Part shown: in pieces, positions 39,342 through 49,160 of the stretch
Layout: each line of letters opens with the position of its first letter
Numbering within the stretch: position 1 is the first letter of the stretch
Assembly: GCA_963662315.1 (NCBI GenBank)
Contig: OY759353.1
Coordinates: forward strand, 160,001-224,000
Direction of reading: 5' to 3'
DNA length: 64,000 nucleotides
Source: Geopsychrobacteraceae bacterium
GTDB taxonomy: Bacteria > Desulfobacterota > Desulfuromonadia > Desulfuromonadales > Geopsychrobacteraceae
Notes under the pieces: generated by a model
What the model saw: only the letters and a program-made list of their open reading frames with translations
The model's database searches: none
Told to the model about the DNA's origin: nothing
Program-made: the position numbers and the translations under genes

Positions 39342-41798
39342 ATGGTTGGTCTTGTTGTTGTTTCCCACAGCAGGGTTCTGGTCTCCGGGCTGCAGGAACT
39401 GGTCGCGCAGATGGTTCCGGATCTTGACCGGATTGCTTTTATCGGCGGAACCGGTGATCCCGAAAGTCCGATCGGTACTGATCCGATGCAGGTCATGGAA
39501 GCTATAACCCGGGTTGCCGACGGTGATGGGGTGCTGGTGCTGATGGACCTTGGCAGCGCGATCATGAGCGCGGAAACGGCCTTGGATTTTATCGAAGACG
39601 AGATCCGTCAGCAGGTGCGACTGAGCTCGGCCCCCATTGTTGAAGGGACTCTTTCTGCAGCGATACAGGCTTCGCTGGGTGCTGATCTTGAAACGGTTGC
39701 GGCAGAGGCGAAAAGTGCTCTGAGTGTAAAGGCTGCCCAACTTGACGATCAAACCGCTTGTGTTGACGATGATTTTGAGTCCCCCACTGATGGCATCGGG
39801 CTTGAGTTGGTCATTAAAAACGTTAATGGGCTGCATGCCCGTCCGGCAGCGCGTCTGGTCAGCTGTGCTGGTTCATTTAATGCGCAGATTTCTTTAGCCA
39901 AGGGCGATAAACAGGTCAATGCCAAGAGTATCAATCAGGTTGCAACTCTTGGGGTTCGTTGTGGGGAACAGGTTGTACTGACTTTTTCCGGGGACGATGC
40001 TGAGGCGGCACGCACGGCAATGCAGCAACTCTATCGGGATAACTTTGGTGAAAGTCTGGAGAGTGAGTCCGCGTTGCCGACCGCCACGGCTGAGTCGGTA
40101 ACTGAAGACGGCCTGACCGGTCGCGTTGTTTGTCCCGGTATCGCCATCGGACCGGCCTGGGTATATCTGGGACCTTCAGTCGTGGTTGAACCGCGAAAAA
40201 TTACTGATCCTGCGGCTGAAATTCTGCGCTTTCAGCAGGCGCTTGCGGCTGCCATCCGTGGTGCAGATAAGTTAAAGCTGGTCGCTCAAAGCATGGCCGG
40301 GGCAGAGCAGGCGGAGATTTTTACCTTCCACAAATTGCTGCTCGAAGATGAGCAGACCATCAATAAAACTGTTGCGACCATTGAAAATGAGCAGCAGTGC
40401 GCTGAATATGCCTGGAGCCGTGCCATCGAGGACGTTGCGGCAACTTATGAGGCGGTTGCTGATGATTATCTGCGGGGCCGGGCCAGCGATGTTTATGATG
40501 TCCGAACTCGTGTTCTGCAACAGCTTGGCTTTGAAACTCGGCCTGTTTTTGACGCTCTGGAGCCTGTCGTTGTTCTGGCCCGTGATCTGTCCCCGTCTGT
40601 GGTGGCAGAACTACCCCAGGAGCAGGTCCTTGGTTTGTGTCTGAGTGAAGGTGGGGTGACCTCCCATGCGGCGATCATTGCTGCTTCTCGCGGTATTCCG
40701 ACCCTGGTTGGGGTTCGGGACGCACTAGCATCGGTCAAAAGTGGTGATCCGGTGATTGTTGATGCCGAGACCGGACGTTTGTGGAGTTGTCCGGATACTG
40801 ACACTCTTGCTCGCTATGAAGAGCAACAACGGACCTGGCTGCAACGTCGGGAAGAGCAGTTGCTGGGCAGTCAGCGGGTTGCGGTTACGACTGACGGTGT
40901 TGAAATCAGTGTCGTAGCCAATATTGGCAGCAGCCAGGATGTTCAGTCCGCTTTGGCGAGTGGTGCCGAAGGGGTTGGCTTGTTCCGTACTGAATTTCTG
41001 TTCCTGGATCGCAACTCTGAACCGGATGAGGATGAGCAATACCAGATTTACCGGAGCGTTGCCGAGGCTATGGGCGAGAAACCGGTCATTATACGTACCC
41101 TGGACGTCGGCGGAGATAAGCCTGTTCCCTATATATTTTCCGAGCCGGAGGACAATCCTTTTCTCGGGCTACGCGGCATCCGTTTGTCCTTGGCCCATAA
41201 AGATCTGTTCTTAAGGCAGTTACGCTCTATACTGAGAGCTTCGCATCAGACACAGATAAAAATCATGTTCCCGATGATCAGCTCTGTAACCGAATTTCAG
41301 CACGCGACAGAGCTGGTTAATGAAGCGATGCAACAGCTGGATCAGGCAGGTCATTCTTATAACCAGAATATTCAACTCGGGGTCATGATCGAAGTTCCGG
41401 CGGCTGTGGCGATTGCCGATCAGCTTGCAGACGTTGCGGATTTTTTCAGTCTTGGCACCAATGATCTGTCTCAATACGTGATGGCTGCCGATCGGGGTAA
41501 TCCTCGGGTTGCCGATCTGCCCGATCCTTATGCCCCGGCAGTCCTGAGAATGATTCAGCAGACCGTTGCTGCAGGTCGGAAAGCCGGAATCGAAGTCGGT
41601 ATGTGCGGGGCATTTGCCGGTCTTACTGATGCTGCCGCACTGCTTGTCGGGCTTGGTTTAACCAAACTGAGTATGAGCGCTGCACAGATTCCTGCACAAA
41701 AAGAAGCGTTACGTCAAATTGACAGCCTTATGGCCAAAGATCTGTTAAATACCGCACTGCTTCAACCGAGTGGTTCAGCGGTAAAGGCACTGTTATAG
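39342..41798 (+). CDS. dhaM: Multiphosphoryl transfer protein: DhaM(EIIA)-HPr-full-length Enzyme I fusion
   Basis: VVSHS (EIIA His), GLHARPAA (HPr), TSHAAI (EI His), GLFRTEF, RTLDVGGDK, NPFLGLRG, MIEVP, GTNDL, GMCG. Confidence 0.92.
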   Translation: MVGLVVVSHSRVLVSGLQELVAQMVPDLDRIAFIGGTGDPESPIGTDPMQVMEAITRVADGDGVLVLMDLGSAIMSAETALDFIEDEIRQQVRLSSAPIVEGTLSAAIQASLGADLETVAAEAKSALSVKAAQLDDQTACVDDDFESPTDGIGLELVIKNVNGLHARPAARLVSCAGSFNAQISLAKGDKQVNAKSINQVATLGVRCGEQVVLTFSGDDAEAARTAMQQLYRDNFGESLESESALPTATAESVTEDGLTGRVVCPGIAIGPAWVYLGPSVVVEPRKITDPAAEILRFQQALAAAIRGADKLKLVAQSMAGAEQAEIFTFHKLLLEDEQTINKTVATIENEQQCAEYAWSRAIEDVAATYEAVADDYLRGRASDVYDVRTRVLQQLGFETRPVFDALEPVVVLARDLSPSVVAELPQEQVLGLCLSEGGVTSHAAIIAASRGIPTLVGVRDALASVKSGDPVIVDAETGRLWSCPDTDTLARYEEQQRTWLQRREEQLLGSQRVAVTTDGVEISVVANIGSSQDVQSALASGAEGVGLFRTEFLFLDRNSEPDEDEQYQIYRSVAEAMGEKPVIIRTLDVGGDKPVPYIFSEPEDNPFLGLRGIRLSLAHKDLFLRQLRSILRASHQTQIKIMFPMISSVTEFQHATELVNEAMQQLDQAGHSYNQNIQLGVMIEVPAAVAIADQLADVADFFSLGTNDLSQYVMAADRGNPRVADLPDPYAPAVLRMIQQTVAAGRKAGIEVGMCGAFAGLTDAAALLVGLGLTKLSMSAAQIPAQKEALRQIDSLMAKDLLNTALLQPSGSAVKALL

Positions 41799-41961
41799 TT
41801 CTGTCACCACAGGATACAATCAAGTGGTCATATTCTCACTGAGACAGTTCTATTTTTTTCACAAGTCTTCTGAAATTATCAGCCAGTTCGTTTATACTGA
41901 AGCCTCATTCGACATATTCGCTTGCCTGATAGGGGCGTGAATTCAGAGAGGATACTTAGCT

Positions 41962-43128
41962 ATGTTGTTCGATTTTACTTATTACAATCCGACAAAAATT
42001 TATTTTGGAAAGCAGTCTCTCGCCAAGCTTGAAACAGAGCTGGAGAATTATGGTGATACCATTTTGCTGACCTATGGAAAAAACTCCATCAAGACCATTG
42101 GGCTCTACGATCAGGTTGTTGCCATCCTGAAAAAATATGGCAAGACAATCGTTGAGTTGTCAGGAGTTATGCCCAACCCCACCTATGCCAAGATGATGGA
42201 AGGGGTAAAGCTGGTTCGCAAGCATGATGTCAGCCTTATTTTAGCTGTCGGTGGTGGGTCGGTTATTGACTGTGCCAAAGGGATTGCCGTTTCTGCTTAT
42301 TGTGAGGAAGAGCCCTTTGAAAAATACTGGCTGAAGCAGAAGCGGGTTGACAACAAAGTTGTTCCTGTTGCGTCAATTCTGACTATGGTGGGGACTGGTT
42401 CGGAAATGAATGGTGGCTCGGTGATTACCCATGAGGATAAAAAGATTAAAGCAGGAAGAGTTTTTCCACCGCAGCTCTATCCGCAGTTCTCTATATTGAA
42501 TCCTGAATATACTTATTCGGTATCCGAATATCAGATGGTCAGTGGTGTTTTTGATACTATGTCCCACTTGATGGAGCAGTATTTCTCAGGTGCCGATAAT
42601 AATACGACCGACTACCTGATTGAGAGTCTTTTGAAGTCTTCGATAGACAATGTCCGTATGGCTCTTAAACATCCTGAAGATTATGAGTCGCGCAGTAACC
42701 TGATGTGGAATGCGACCCTGGCATTAAACACGATGACCGGGCTGTCGAAACAGCAGGACTGGCAGGTCCATATGATTGAACATCAACTGGGGGCTTATAC
42801 CGATTGTGCCCACGGGATGGGACTTGCCGCTATTTCACTACCCTATTATCGGCATATCTATACGGGTGGCCTGGCCAAATTTGTACGCTTTGCCACTGAA
42901 GTATGGGGTGTTTCCGCCGCAGGCAAGAGTGCTGACGAGATTGCCAGAGAAGGTCTTGATGCTATGGAAGGCTTTCTTAAAGAGTGTCATGTTGTGCTGT
43001 CAATTAAGGAACTGGGAGCAACCAGAGACATGCTTCCCAAAATTGCCGAATCAACAATCCTGCGGCCAAATGGTTATAAGCAACTGACCACGGCAGAGGT
43101 GCAACAAATTCTGGAAGAGTGTTTTTAA
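41962..43128 (+). CDS. Iron-containing alcohol dehydrogenase (butanol dehydrogenase-like)
   Basis: NPTKIYFG, GGGSVID, GTGSE, HMIEH, HGMGL. Confidence 0.9.
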   Translation: MLFDFTYYNPTKIYFGKQSLAKLETELENYGDTILLTYGKNSIKTIGLYDQVVAILKKYGKTIVELSGVMPNPTYAKMMEGVKLVRKHDVSLILAVGGGSVIDCAKGIAVSAYCEEEPFEKYWLKQKRVDNKVVPVASILTMVGTGSEMNGGSVITHEDKKIKAGRVFPPQLYPQFSILNPEYTYSVSEYQMVSGVFDTMSHLMEQYFSGADNNTTDYLIESLLKSSIDNVRMALKHPEDYESRSNLMWNATLALNTMTGLSKQQDWQVHMIEHQLGAYTDCAHGMGLAAISLPYYRHIYTGGLAKFVRFATEVWGVSAAGKSADEIAREGLDAMEGFLKECHVVLSIKELGATRDMLPKIAESTILRPNGYKQLTTAEVQQILEECF

Positions 43129-43154
43129 CCTCTGCCCGCACAGAGGTCCAGGCT

Positions 43155-43195
43155 AAAAAAAAGATCCTGCTGTCTAAGACGCGGGATCTTTTTTT
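43155..43195. terminator. Bidirectional intrinsic terminator
   Basis: A-run, GATCCTGC...GCGGGATC stem, T-run, between convergent genes. Confidence 0.8.
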
Positions 43196-43207
43196 AAAGT
43201 GTTCAGT

Positions 43208-44134
43208 TTAAAGCCCAGCCAGTTCAAAACAGCGGGACAAAAAGCGTCTGGCTGTTTCTTCTTTATGCCACATGTCATCCCCCATGTGAGACCGCATTTC
43301 AAGAGCGACAAAGGTGGCTTTGCAGCCTTCGGTGACCGGCCATGAGGCAACTTCTTTCAGGATCTTTGCGCCCAGTTCCGGGGTCAGGTAGCCTGGTGAT
43401 TTAAACTCCGGTGGTTGGCCGACATCCATGTGCCAATCGCCGTACATCGGATGGTTGGCGTCAACGACAGCGTTGCAGAGGTGAAATTGAGACAGGTATG
43501 GTTTGGCCAGACGTAGCGATTCAATCAGGTCGATACCACCAAGGGCTTCGTGGGCACTGTCCCAGTGCAAGAACATATTAGGACATTCTGCATGTAGAGG
43601 CGCAAACCATTCAACCGCTTCGGCGATCGGTCCAATGAGTTGTTTTTTATGGGCGTAGCGATCCAGTGGTTCGAGCAGAATCTGCAAGTCGGGTTGAGTT
43701 GCCAGGGCGACGGTAGCGATTCGTTTTAATGAATCATACAGGGCTGCCTTGGCTGTTTCGCAGTGCTCATCTCCTGGATAGTCACCACTGGGCAAACCAA
43801 TTTTATCAGCACCGCATACTTTGGCGATGTCCAGAAACTCAATGGTACGAGCGACCGATTTCTCGCGCAGTGCATCATCCAGTGAACTCAGATTCAATTG
43901 CTCGGCCAGAAGAGCAGGCGTTGCCCACATGGTGAGTTCCCAATTGTTATTTTCGCAAAAAGTCTTTACCCGTTTCTGATTGTCAGCTTCAAAGAAAAAG
44001 CCCGTTTCTATTGCCTGGTAAATATTGAGCTTGGCCAATTCTTCCAGAGTATCAACCATCATGCTTTCATTGTTTTGTAGTGGCATGAAGGTTTCAAATA
44101 CATGGCAGGAACGAAAGATCTGTTGTTGCTTCAC
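43208..44134 (-). CDS. Xylose-isomerase-like TIM-barrel protein (sugar phosphate isomerase/epimerase family)
   Basis: LLEP, WDSAH, FHLCN, ALE metal-ligand pattern. Confidence 0.7.
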   Translation of the reverse strand: MKQQQIFRSCHVFETFMPLQNNESMMVDTLEELAKLNIYQAIETGFFFEADNQKRVKTFCENNNWELTMWATPALLAEQLNLSSLDDALREKSVARTIEFLDIAKVCGADKIGLPSGDYPGDEHCETAKAALYDSLKRIATVALATQPDLQILLEPLDRYAHKKQLIGPIAEAVEWFAPLHAECPNMFLHWDSAHEALGGIDLIESLRLAKPYLSQFHLCNAVVDANHPMYGDWHMDVGQPPEFKSPGYLTPELGAKILKEVASWPVTEGCKATFVALEMRSHMGDDMWHKEETARRFLSRCFELAGL

Positions 44135-44170
44135 TTAAAAGACTCCTTTGCTGAGACCTTCTGTAGAAGG

Positions 44171-44545
44171 TCAGTCGCGAATTTCAGGGGGGCAAGTGAT
44201 TTCCGGTACCTGAACACCTTCAATATGCTGCTGCGACCAGTTACGCATGGCCGCAAGAACCTGACCAAGGTCAGCTCCTTTGCGGGTTAAAAAATATTCC
44301 GCCCGCGGGGGCTTGAGCTGGTAAAGCTCTTTGCAGATCAAACCGGCTGCTTCCAGACGCTTTAGCCGTTCGGCTAGGAGATTGGTCGGAATCCGTTCCG
44401 GTGAGTCGCTGAACTCGCCAAAACGGTGCTTGTTCAGGAACAGATCCCGGATAATGAGCAGAGTCCACTTATCGCCAATAATGTCAAGCAGACAGGCTAC
44501 AGGGCAGCTGGAGCGAAAAGGTATGGTCGTCATGTTTTCAGTCAT
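44171..44545 (-). CDS. HxlR-family winged-helix regulator
   Basis: CPVACLLDIIGDKWTLLI, LAERLKRLE, EYFLTRKG. Confidence 0.9.
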   Translation of the reverse strand: MTENMTTIPFRSSCPVACLLDIIGDKWTLLIIRDLFLNKHRFGEFSDSPERIPTNLLAERLKRLEAAGLICKELYQLKPPRAEYFLTRKGADLGQVLAAMRNWSQQHIEGVQVPEITCPPEIRD

Positions 44546-44567
44546 TCTGTCACTATAGACGCACGGA

Positions 44568-44630
44568 CTTGCATTTTGCAAGGCAGTGTGCTTAGATATA
44601 GAGACTTTAAAAATAAAAGTCACTATATCT
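44568..44630. promoter_or_regulatory. Candidate HxlR operators between divergent genes
   Basis: AGATATAGAGACTTT-N7-AAAGTCACTATATCT (14/15 inverted repeat, 44594-44630) and CTTGCA-TTT-TGCAAG (44568-44582). Confidence 0.6.
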
Positions 44631-44644
44631 CTTACAAAAGGAGC

Positions 44645-45124
44645 ATGACAATGTCGGCTATTTCATCATTTCAGGGTCGTAATTTTTCGGCCATCAATTT
44701 GGGTCCGCTTGAGACTTTGGACTCTTATCGGTTTGAGCATCCCGCTCTGGCGTCACCGGTAGAAGGGAAAGTCTTTTTACGCCAGAATCTTCAGTTAACC
44801 AGTGCTGAGATTTCAATCAACAAACTGGCCGCCGGATGCTCAATGCCGTTTGCACATAATCATGATCGCCACGAGGAAGTCTATATTTTTATCGCTGGCA
44901 AAGGCGAGTTCCTGATCGATGACCAGTCCGTTGAGGTTACAGAAGGAACCGTGTTGCGCATTGATCCTGCTGGTATACGTTGTTGGCGAAATCTGTCTCA
45001 GGACCCTCTTTATTACATCGTTGTGCAAGCTGTTGCTGGAAGTTTTCAGGTGGACAGTCCGGTAAGTGATGGTCATGGTTTTCCCCTTCCTGAAAGCTGG
45101 CGGAAAGGAGCATGCCAAAACTAA
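44645..45124 (+). CDS. Cupin domain protein
   Basis: PFAHNHDRHEEVY metal-binding cupin motif; AGGAG SD. Confidence 0.85.
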   Translation: MTMSAISSFQGRNFSAINLGPLETLDSYRFEHPALASPVEGKVFLRQNLQLTSAEISINKLAAGCSMPFAHNHDRHEEVYIFIAGKGEFLIDDQSVEVTEGTVLRIDPAGIRCWRNLSQDPLYYIVVQAVAGSFQVDSPVSDGHGFPLPESWRKGACQN

Positions 45125-45255
45125 AAAGGTTACAGACATAATGATCAAAAAGCGGTAGGATAATGAGTCTTTTTCCTGCTTTTAACCGTCACTGTACCGA
45201 TGGTGTCTTTGGAGAGGTTTTCTCCCCGCCTTGGGGAGAGGAAACGAGTTAACTG

Positions 45256-45582
45256 ATGCCACCTTATACCTACCATCCTACCGCTTGTTTTGAAGCGAAA
45301 CTCGAAAAAATCAAAAAACATGATTCGGGTGGTTTTAAACGGATCTGGCAGGCTATTGACCGGATTTTAAACCATCCTGACGATGCTGATGGACGTATGC
45401 GTGGGCAACATCACAGTCGGTTCAAAAAATATGTTGGCAGAGGTGAGTATCGTTTGATTTATGAGTGGTGCGCAATTTGTCGTAAAACCAATTTAAAGTT
45501 GGAAGAACGCTGTGAAAAATGTGGTCATATAAGTGATGACAGCGTTGTTTTTTTTGATGTTTTTCACAAGAATGAAATTTAG
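45256..45582 (+). CDS. RelE/ParE-superfamily protein with a CxxC...CxxC insertion
   Basis: 108 aa basic protein; F...L.KI, I..I...P, KKYVGRGEYRLIY, VFFDVFHK RelE-like pattern; insertion CAIC...CEKC. Confidence 0.65.
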   Translation: MPPYTYHPTACFEAKLEKIKKHDSGGFKRIWQAIDRILNHPDDADGRMRGQHHSRFKKYVGRGEYRLIYEWCAICRKTNLKLEERCEKCGHISDDSVVFFDVFHKNEI

Positions 45583-45692
45583 TCATTGGCTCATTATGTG
45601 AGTCCGGCGATCGTTTCATTTTTGTTGTACCAAATACGCTTTAATTTTCTGTACGGCACTCTTTCGGATTTCATAATTATCGAGATTGTCAC

Positions 45693-46877
45693 ATGTCAAT
45701 TGGTCAAACTTTCCGCCAGCTTTTATTCCCGGTCTTTTTACCAACGCTTTTATCTTTTATCAGTTTACGTGCCTCACTGGTTTTGTTGCCTTTGTACGTG
45801 ATCAACCAGGGGTATGGCCCGACCCTGGCTGGATTGATCATCAGTATCAGGGGGATAGGTATGCTGTGTGCTGACGTCCCTGGTGGTTTTCTGGTCTCTA
45901 AAATCGGTGACAAATGGGGGATGATCACAGGGCATCTAATGGCCGGGTTAGCCCTTATCCTGTTTGCGTTATTTGAGCAGCGGGGCATGTTTGTCGGGGC
46001 CGCACTGATTTCCGGAGCTGCTTTTGCCGTGATGATGCTCGCCCGGCTATCTTATGTGGGCGAAAAATGTGAAGCGCATGAACGGGGGCGAGTTATCGCC
46101 TCCATGGCGAGTCTGCAACGTATAGGTGGTATCCTTGGTCCATTGGGAGGAGGGCTGATCGCAACCTGGTACGGGTTTGTCCCTGCATTGTACCTTCTGG
46201 CGTTATTGTCTCTTCTTTCTGCACTGACAATTTTTGTTTACTGCGATAATAACCTGGCTCCGGAAGGGGAAACCGCACAATCACATGCCTTTATCGCCAC
46301 GATAAAAGCGAATAGGGCCGTCTTTTCAACCTCTGGTGCGGGAGCAATCGGCCTGATGTGTATGCGCGGGGCCAGCCCGTTGCTGATTACCCTGTTTGGA
46401 AACGCCATTGCGCTGTCAGCGGCTCAAATTGGTTTTTTCGCCTCAATGACAACGATTCTTGAATTTGTCATGTTTCTTCCCGGGGGATACATAATGGACC
46501 GCTGGGGGCGCAAGAATACCTTGATACCCGGCACCCTGTTCATGGCTTTCAGTCTGGTCATTCTGGTGTTGTTTCCCTCTCTGGAAGGGTACGTGGCGGG
46601 AATTCTGCTGATGGCTTTGGGGAACGGTCTTGCCACTGGAGTTATCATGTCGATCGGCTCTGATCTGGCACCGGAAAAAAGCCGCGGCCAGTTTTTAGGT
46701 GTCTGGCGTTTTGTCTGTGATCTTGGTTTTACCGGAGGACCGCTGTTTGTCACCGGCTTGATGGGGGTTTGTGGACTTGCTGGCAGCTCTTTGGCGTTGG
46801 GAGCATTGGCCAGTGGCCTGGTGATTTATATGGGGATTTACGCTCCGGAAAGTCTGAAACGTCATCCTGAAAAATAG
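45693..46877 (+). CDS. MFS transporter
   Basis: About 12 TM segments, GYIMDRWGRK, ERGR and SRGQ motifs. Confidence 0.85.
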   Translation: MSIGQTFRQLLFPVFLPTLLSFISLRASLVLLPLYVINQGYGPTLAGLIISIRGIGMLCADVPGGFLVSKIGDKWGMITGHLMAGLALILFALFEQRGMFVGAALISGAAFAVMMLARLSYVGEKCEAHERGRVIASMASLQRIGGILGPLGGGLIATWYGFVPALYLLALLSLLSALTIFVYCDNNLAPEGETAQSHAFIATIKANRAVFSTSGAGAIGLMCMRGASPLLITLFGNAIALSAAQIGFFASMTTILEFVMFLPGGYIMDRWGRKNTLIPGTLFMAFSLVILVLFPSLEGYVAGILLMALGNGLATGVIMSIGSDLAPEKSRGQFLGVWRFVCDLGFTGGPLFVTGLMGVCGLAGSSLALGALASGLVIYMGIYAPESLKRHPEK

Positions 46878-46927
46878 CAGGTGTTTGTTTGCCCTCCGCG
46901 ATTCAGCGGAGGGCAAACAAACACCTG
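46878..46927. terminator. Perfect 22-bp hairpin between convergent genes
   Basis: CAGGTGTTTGTTTGCCCTCCGC-gattca-GCGGAGGGCAAACAAACACCTG. Confidence 0.75.
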
Positions 46928-46932
46928 GTTGC

Positions 46933-48618
46933 CTAATTTGTTTTGATCATCTCTCGTAGCGTCTCTACCGAAACATCAGGAAATGATTTATGTAAAGCTC
47001 CCAACAGGACCTCCTGATCGTCTGTATGCAGGGTACTTCTAAGAACCGCTTCTTTCATTTTGACCACTTTAGGTACGGCAGGCATAACCCCTTTCTGAAC
47101 GTGAAAAGCGAAGGGGAGCATTACGTACATAACCGCAATGGCGATACCGATGCCAATGAAGTTGGCAAGAATTCCTACTTTGAACATATCCGGAATCCTG
47201 ATCAGACCGGACCCGAAAACGATGGCATTCGGCGGGGTGGATACCGGCAAGGAGAATGCCAAACCGGCGCCAATAGCCATTGGGACGGCAATCATCAGCG
47301 GGTGCTGCCCAACTCCAACCGCGATAGAAATACCAAGAGGCACAAAGGTGTTGGCGGTTGCGGTGTTGGATGCGAACTGGGTGATCAGCATGACGACTGA
47401 TGAGCAGATGCCGATGATCATGATTGTGCTCATGGTCGAAACCGACTCCATTTTTACCGCAACGAACTGAGAAACTCCTGAAGAGTTCAACGCTGCTCCT
47501 AAAGCCAGCCCGCCGCCAACCAGAACCAGAACGTCCCAGGGGATCTTTTTAAAGATGCTGTTGTCAACAACAAAGGTGCTGTTGGTAAAGCTGACCGGTA
47601 CCATGAACATCAGCACGGCTGCCGCCATGGCGATGGTTGAATCGCGGATGACACTGCTTGCCTTCATATCGATACCACCGACATTAATCGTGCCGATAAT
47701 ACCGGTAAGGCTGCCACGAAACATCCAGGCGCAAGCGGTCAGGGTGAATATAATCAACACCAGGATTTCACCACGGCTCAGTTTGCCAAGCTTGCCAAGT
47801 TCTTCATCAACAACGGCAACAGCCTGCTCCAGTTTCAGGTTTTTCACCGGAAAGAAAAAGCGTGTCAGCAATTGCCAGGTGATAGTCATCAGTAAAACAC
47901 CGATCGGAACTCCAATCAGCATAAAGCGGCCAAAGCCAATATCGATGCCTGAAATTTGTGACATCTGGCCAACCAGGACGGCGTTAGGGGGCGTTCCTAT
48001 GGGTGTCATCAACCCGCCAATGGAGGCTGCAAAGGCAATTCCAAGCATGATGCAGATACCGAAATTCTTGATATCCGTTTCGCTGTTGTGGTCAGCCGTT
48101 TCTGAGCGCAGCAGACTTATAATTGACATGCCGATTGGCATCATCATGGTGGCGCAGGCTGTGTTTGACATCCAGGCCGAAAGGAACCCCGTCGCAGCCA
48201 TAAAGCCCAGGATCAGACGTGATGGTCTGGCTCCGGAAATCTTAAGGATGGTCATGGAAATACGCCGGTGCAGATTCCAGTTCTCCATGGCAATCGCAAT
48301 AACAAAGCCGCCCATAAACAGGAAGATCAGGTCTCCTGAATAGTTGGGAGCGACAGTTTTGGCCGATTGGATGCCCAGCATCGGGAACATAACGAGTGGT
48401 AAAAACGCGGTTGCTGAAATAGGAATTGCTTCGAGCATCCACCAGATGCCCATCATGGCTGTTACCCCGATGGTGCGCCAGGCGGTAATGCTCAGACCTT
48501 CTGGTGGTGTACTGTTGATGAAATAGAAAATTACCGCCAAGCCGAGAAGCATTCCGGTCAGACGTCTTTTCATTTCACCGCTGAGTGTGGCTGTTTTTGC
48601 GATAGCTGAAGATTGCAT
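46933..48618 (-). CDS. DASS/SLC13-family Na+:di/tricarboxylate or sulfate symporter
   Basis: Two SNT motifs (WMSNTA, FASNTA), TPIGTPPN, PVSTPPN, WDVLVLVGGG. Confidence 0.92.
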   Translation of the reverse strand: MQSSAIAKTATLSGEMKRRLTGMLLGLAVIFYFINSTPPEGLSITAWRTIGVTAMMGIWWMLEAIPISATAFLPLVMFPMLGIQSAKTVAPNYSGDLIFLFMGGFVIAIAMENWNLHRRISMTILKISGARPSRLILGFMAATGFLSAWMSNTACATMMMPIGMSIISLLRSETADHNSETDIKNFGICIMLGIAFAASIGGLMTPIGTPPNAVLVGQMSQISGIDIGFGRFMLIGVPIGVLLMTITWQLLTRFFFPVKNLKLEQAVAVVDEELGKLGKLSRGEILVLIIFTLTACAWMFRGSLTGIIGTINVGGIDMKASSVIRDSTIAMAAAVLMFMVPVSFTNSTFVVDNSIFKKIPWDVLVLVGGGLALGAALNSSGVSQFVAVKMESVSTMSTIMIIGICSSVVMLITQFASNTATANTFVPLGISIAVGVGQHPLMIAVPMAIGAGLAFSLPVSTPPNAIVFGSGLIRIPDMFKVGILANFIGIGIAIAVMYVMLPFAFHVQKGVMPAVPKVVKMKEAVLRSTLHTDDQEVLLGALHKSFPDVSVETLREMIKTN

Positions 48619-49160
48619 TTAGACCCTCCTTAACTGTGTGTGTGCCATTGGTAGAAGACCTGTCCCTGGGAATCAAATGGACGACTGGCCTCAATCAGGC
48701 GTATTACGTTGCAATAAAAGGGGCGTTGCGGTGGGTGAGGTTGAGCGTAGCGGTTAGACAGCTTAAGAAAAGCTGTCTGTGACATGGGGTAAAATAGTAT
48801 TTATTGGGTTGGTTAGCAAGGTAAAAATTATCAGATATAACGAGATTTTATATTCTGTTAACGGGTCATTGTCGTTTTGCGGAAAAGGTCTTTTTTTAGC
48901 CGTTATTCCACTCTGTAAAAATAAATCCTGTTTTAGGTTAAGCCATATCGATCAATCTTTTCATCTTTTTTAAAATCGACAGCTTTCCGGGCTTTTTACA
49001 ATGTGGATGTTGTGTTTTGCCTTCGTCTATTGTAGAAAAATTAGCATTCCACAGTCGTAAACACTATAAAGGGAAAATATTTTTCAGCTGTTTTAGTGAC
49101 GCTGGATCAAAGTGGATGCAGTTTTTTTTATGAATTGAATGGTCATGAAAAGGTAATGTC

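Noticed and set aside
47555..48343. 262-aa plus-strand ORF
   Set aside because: Antisense shadow of the DASS transporter; no motifs.
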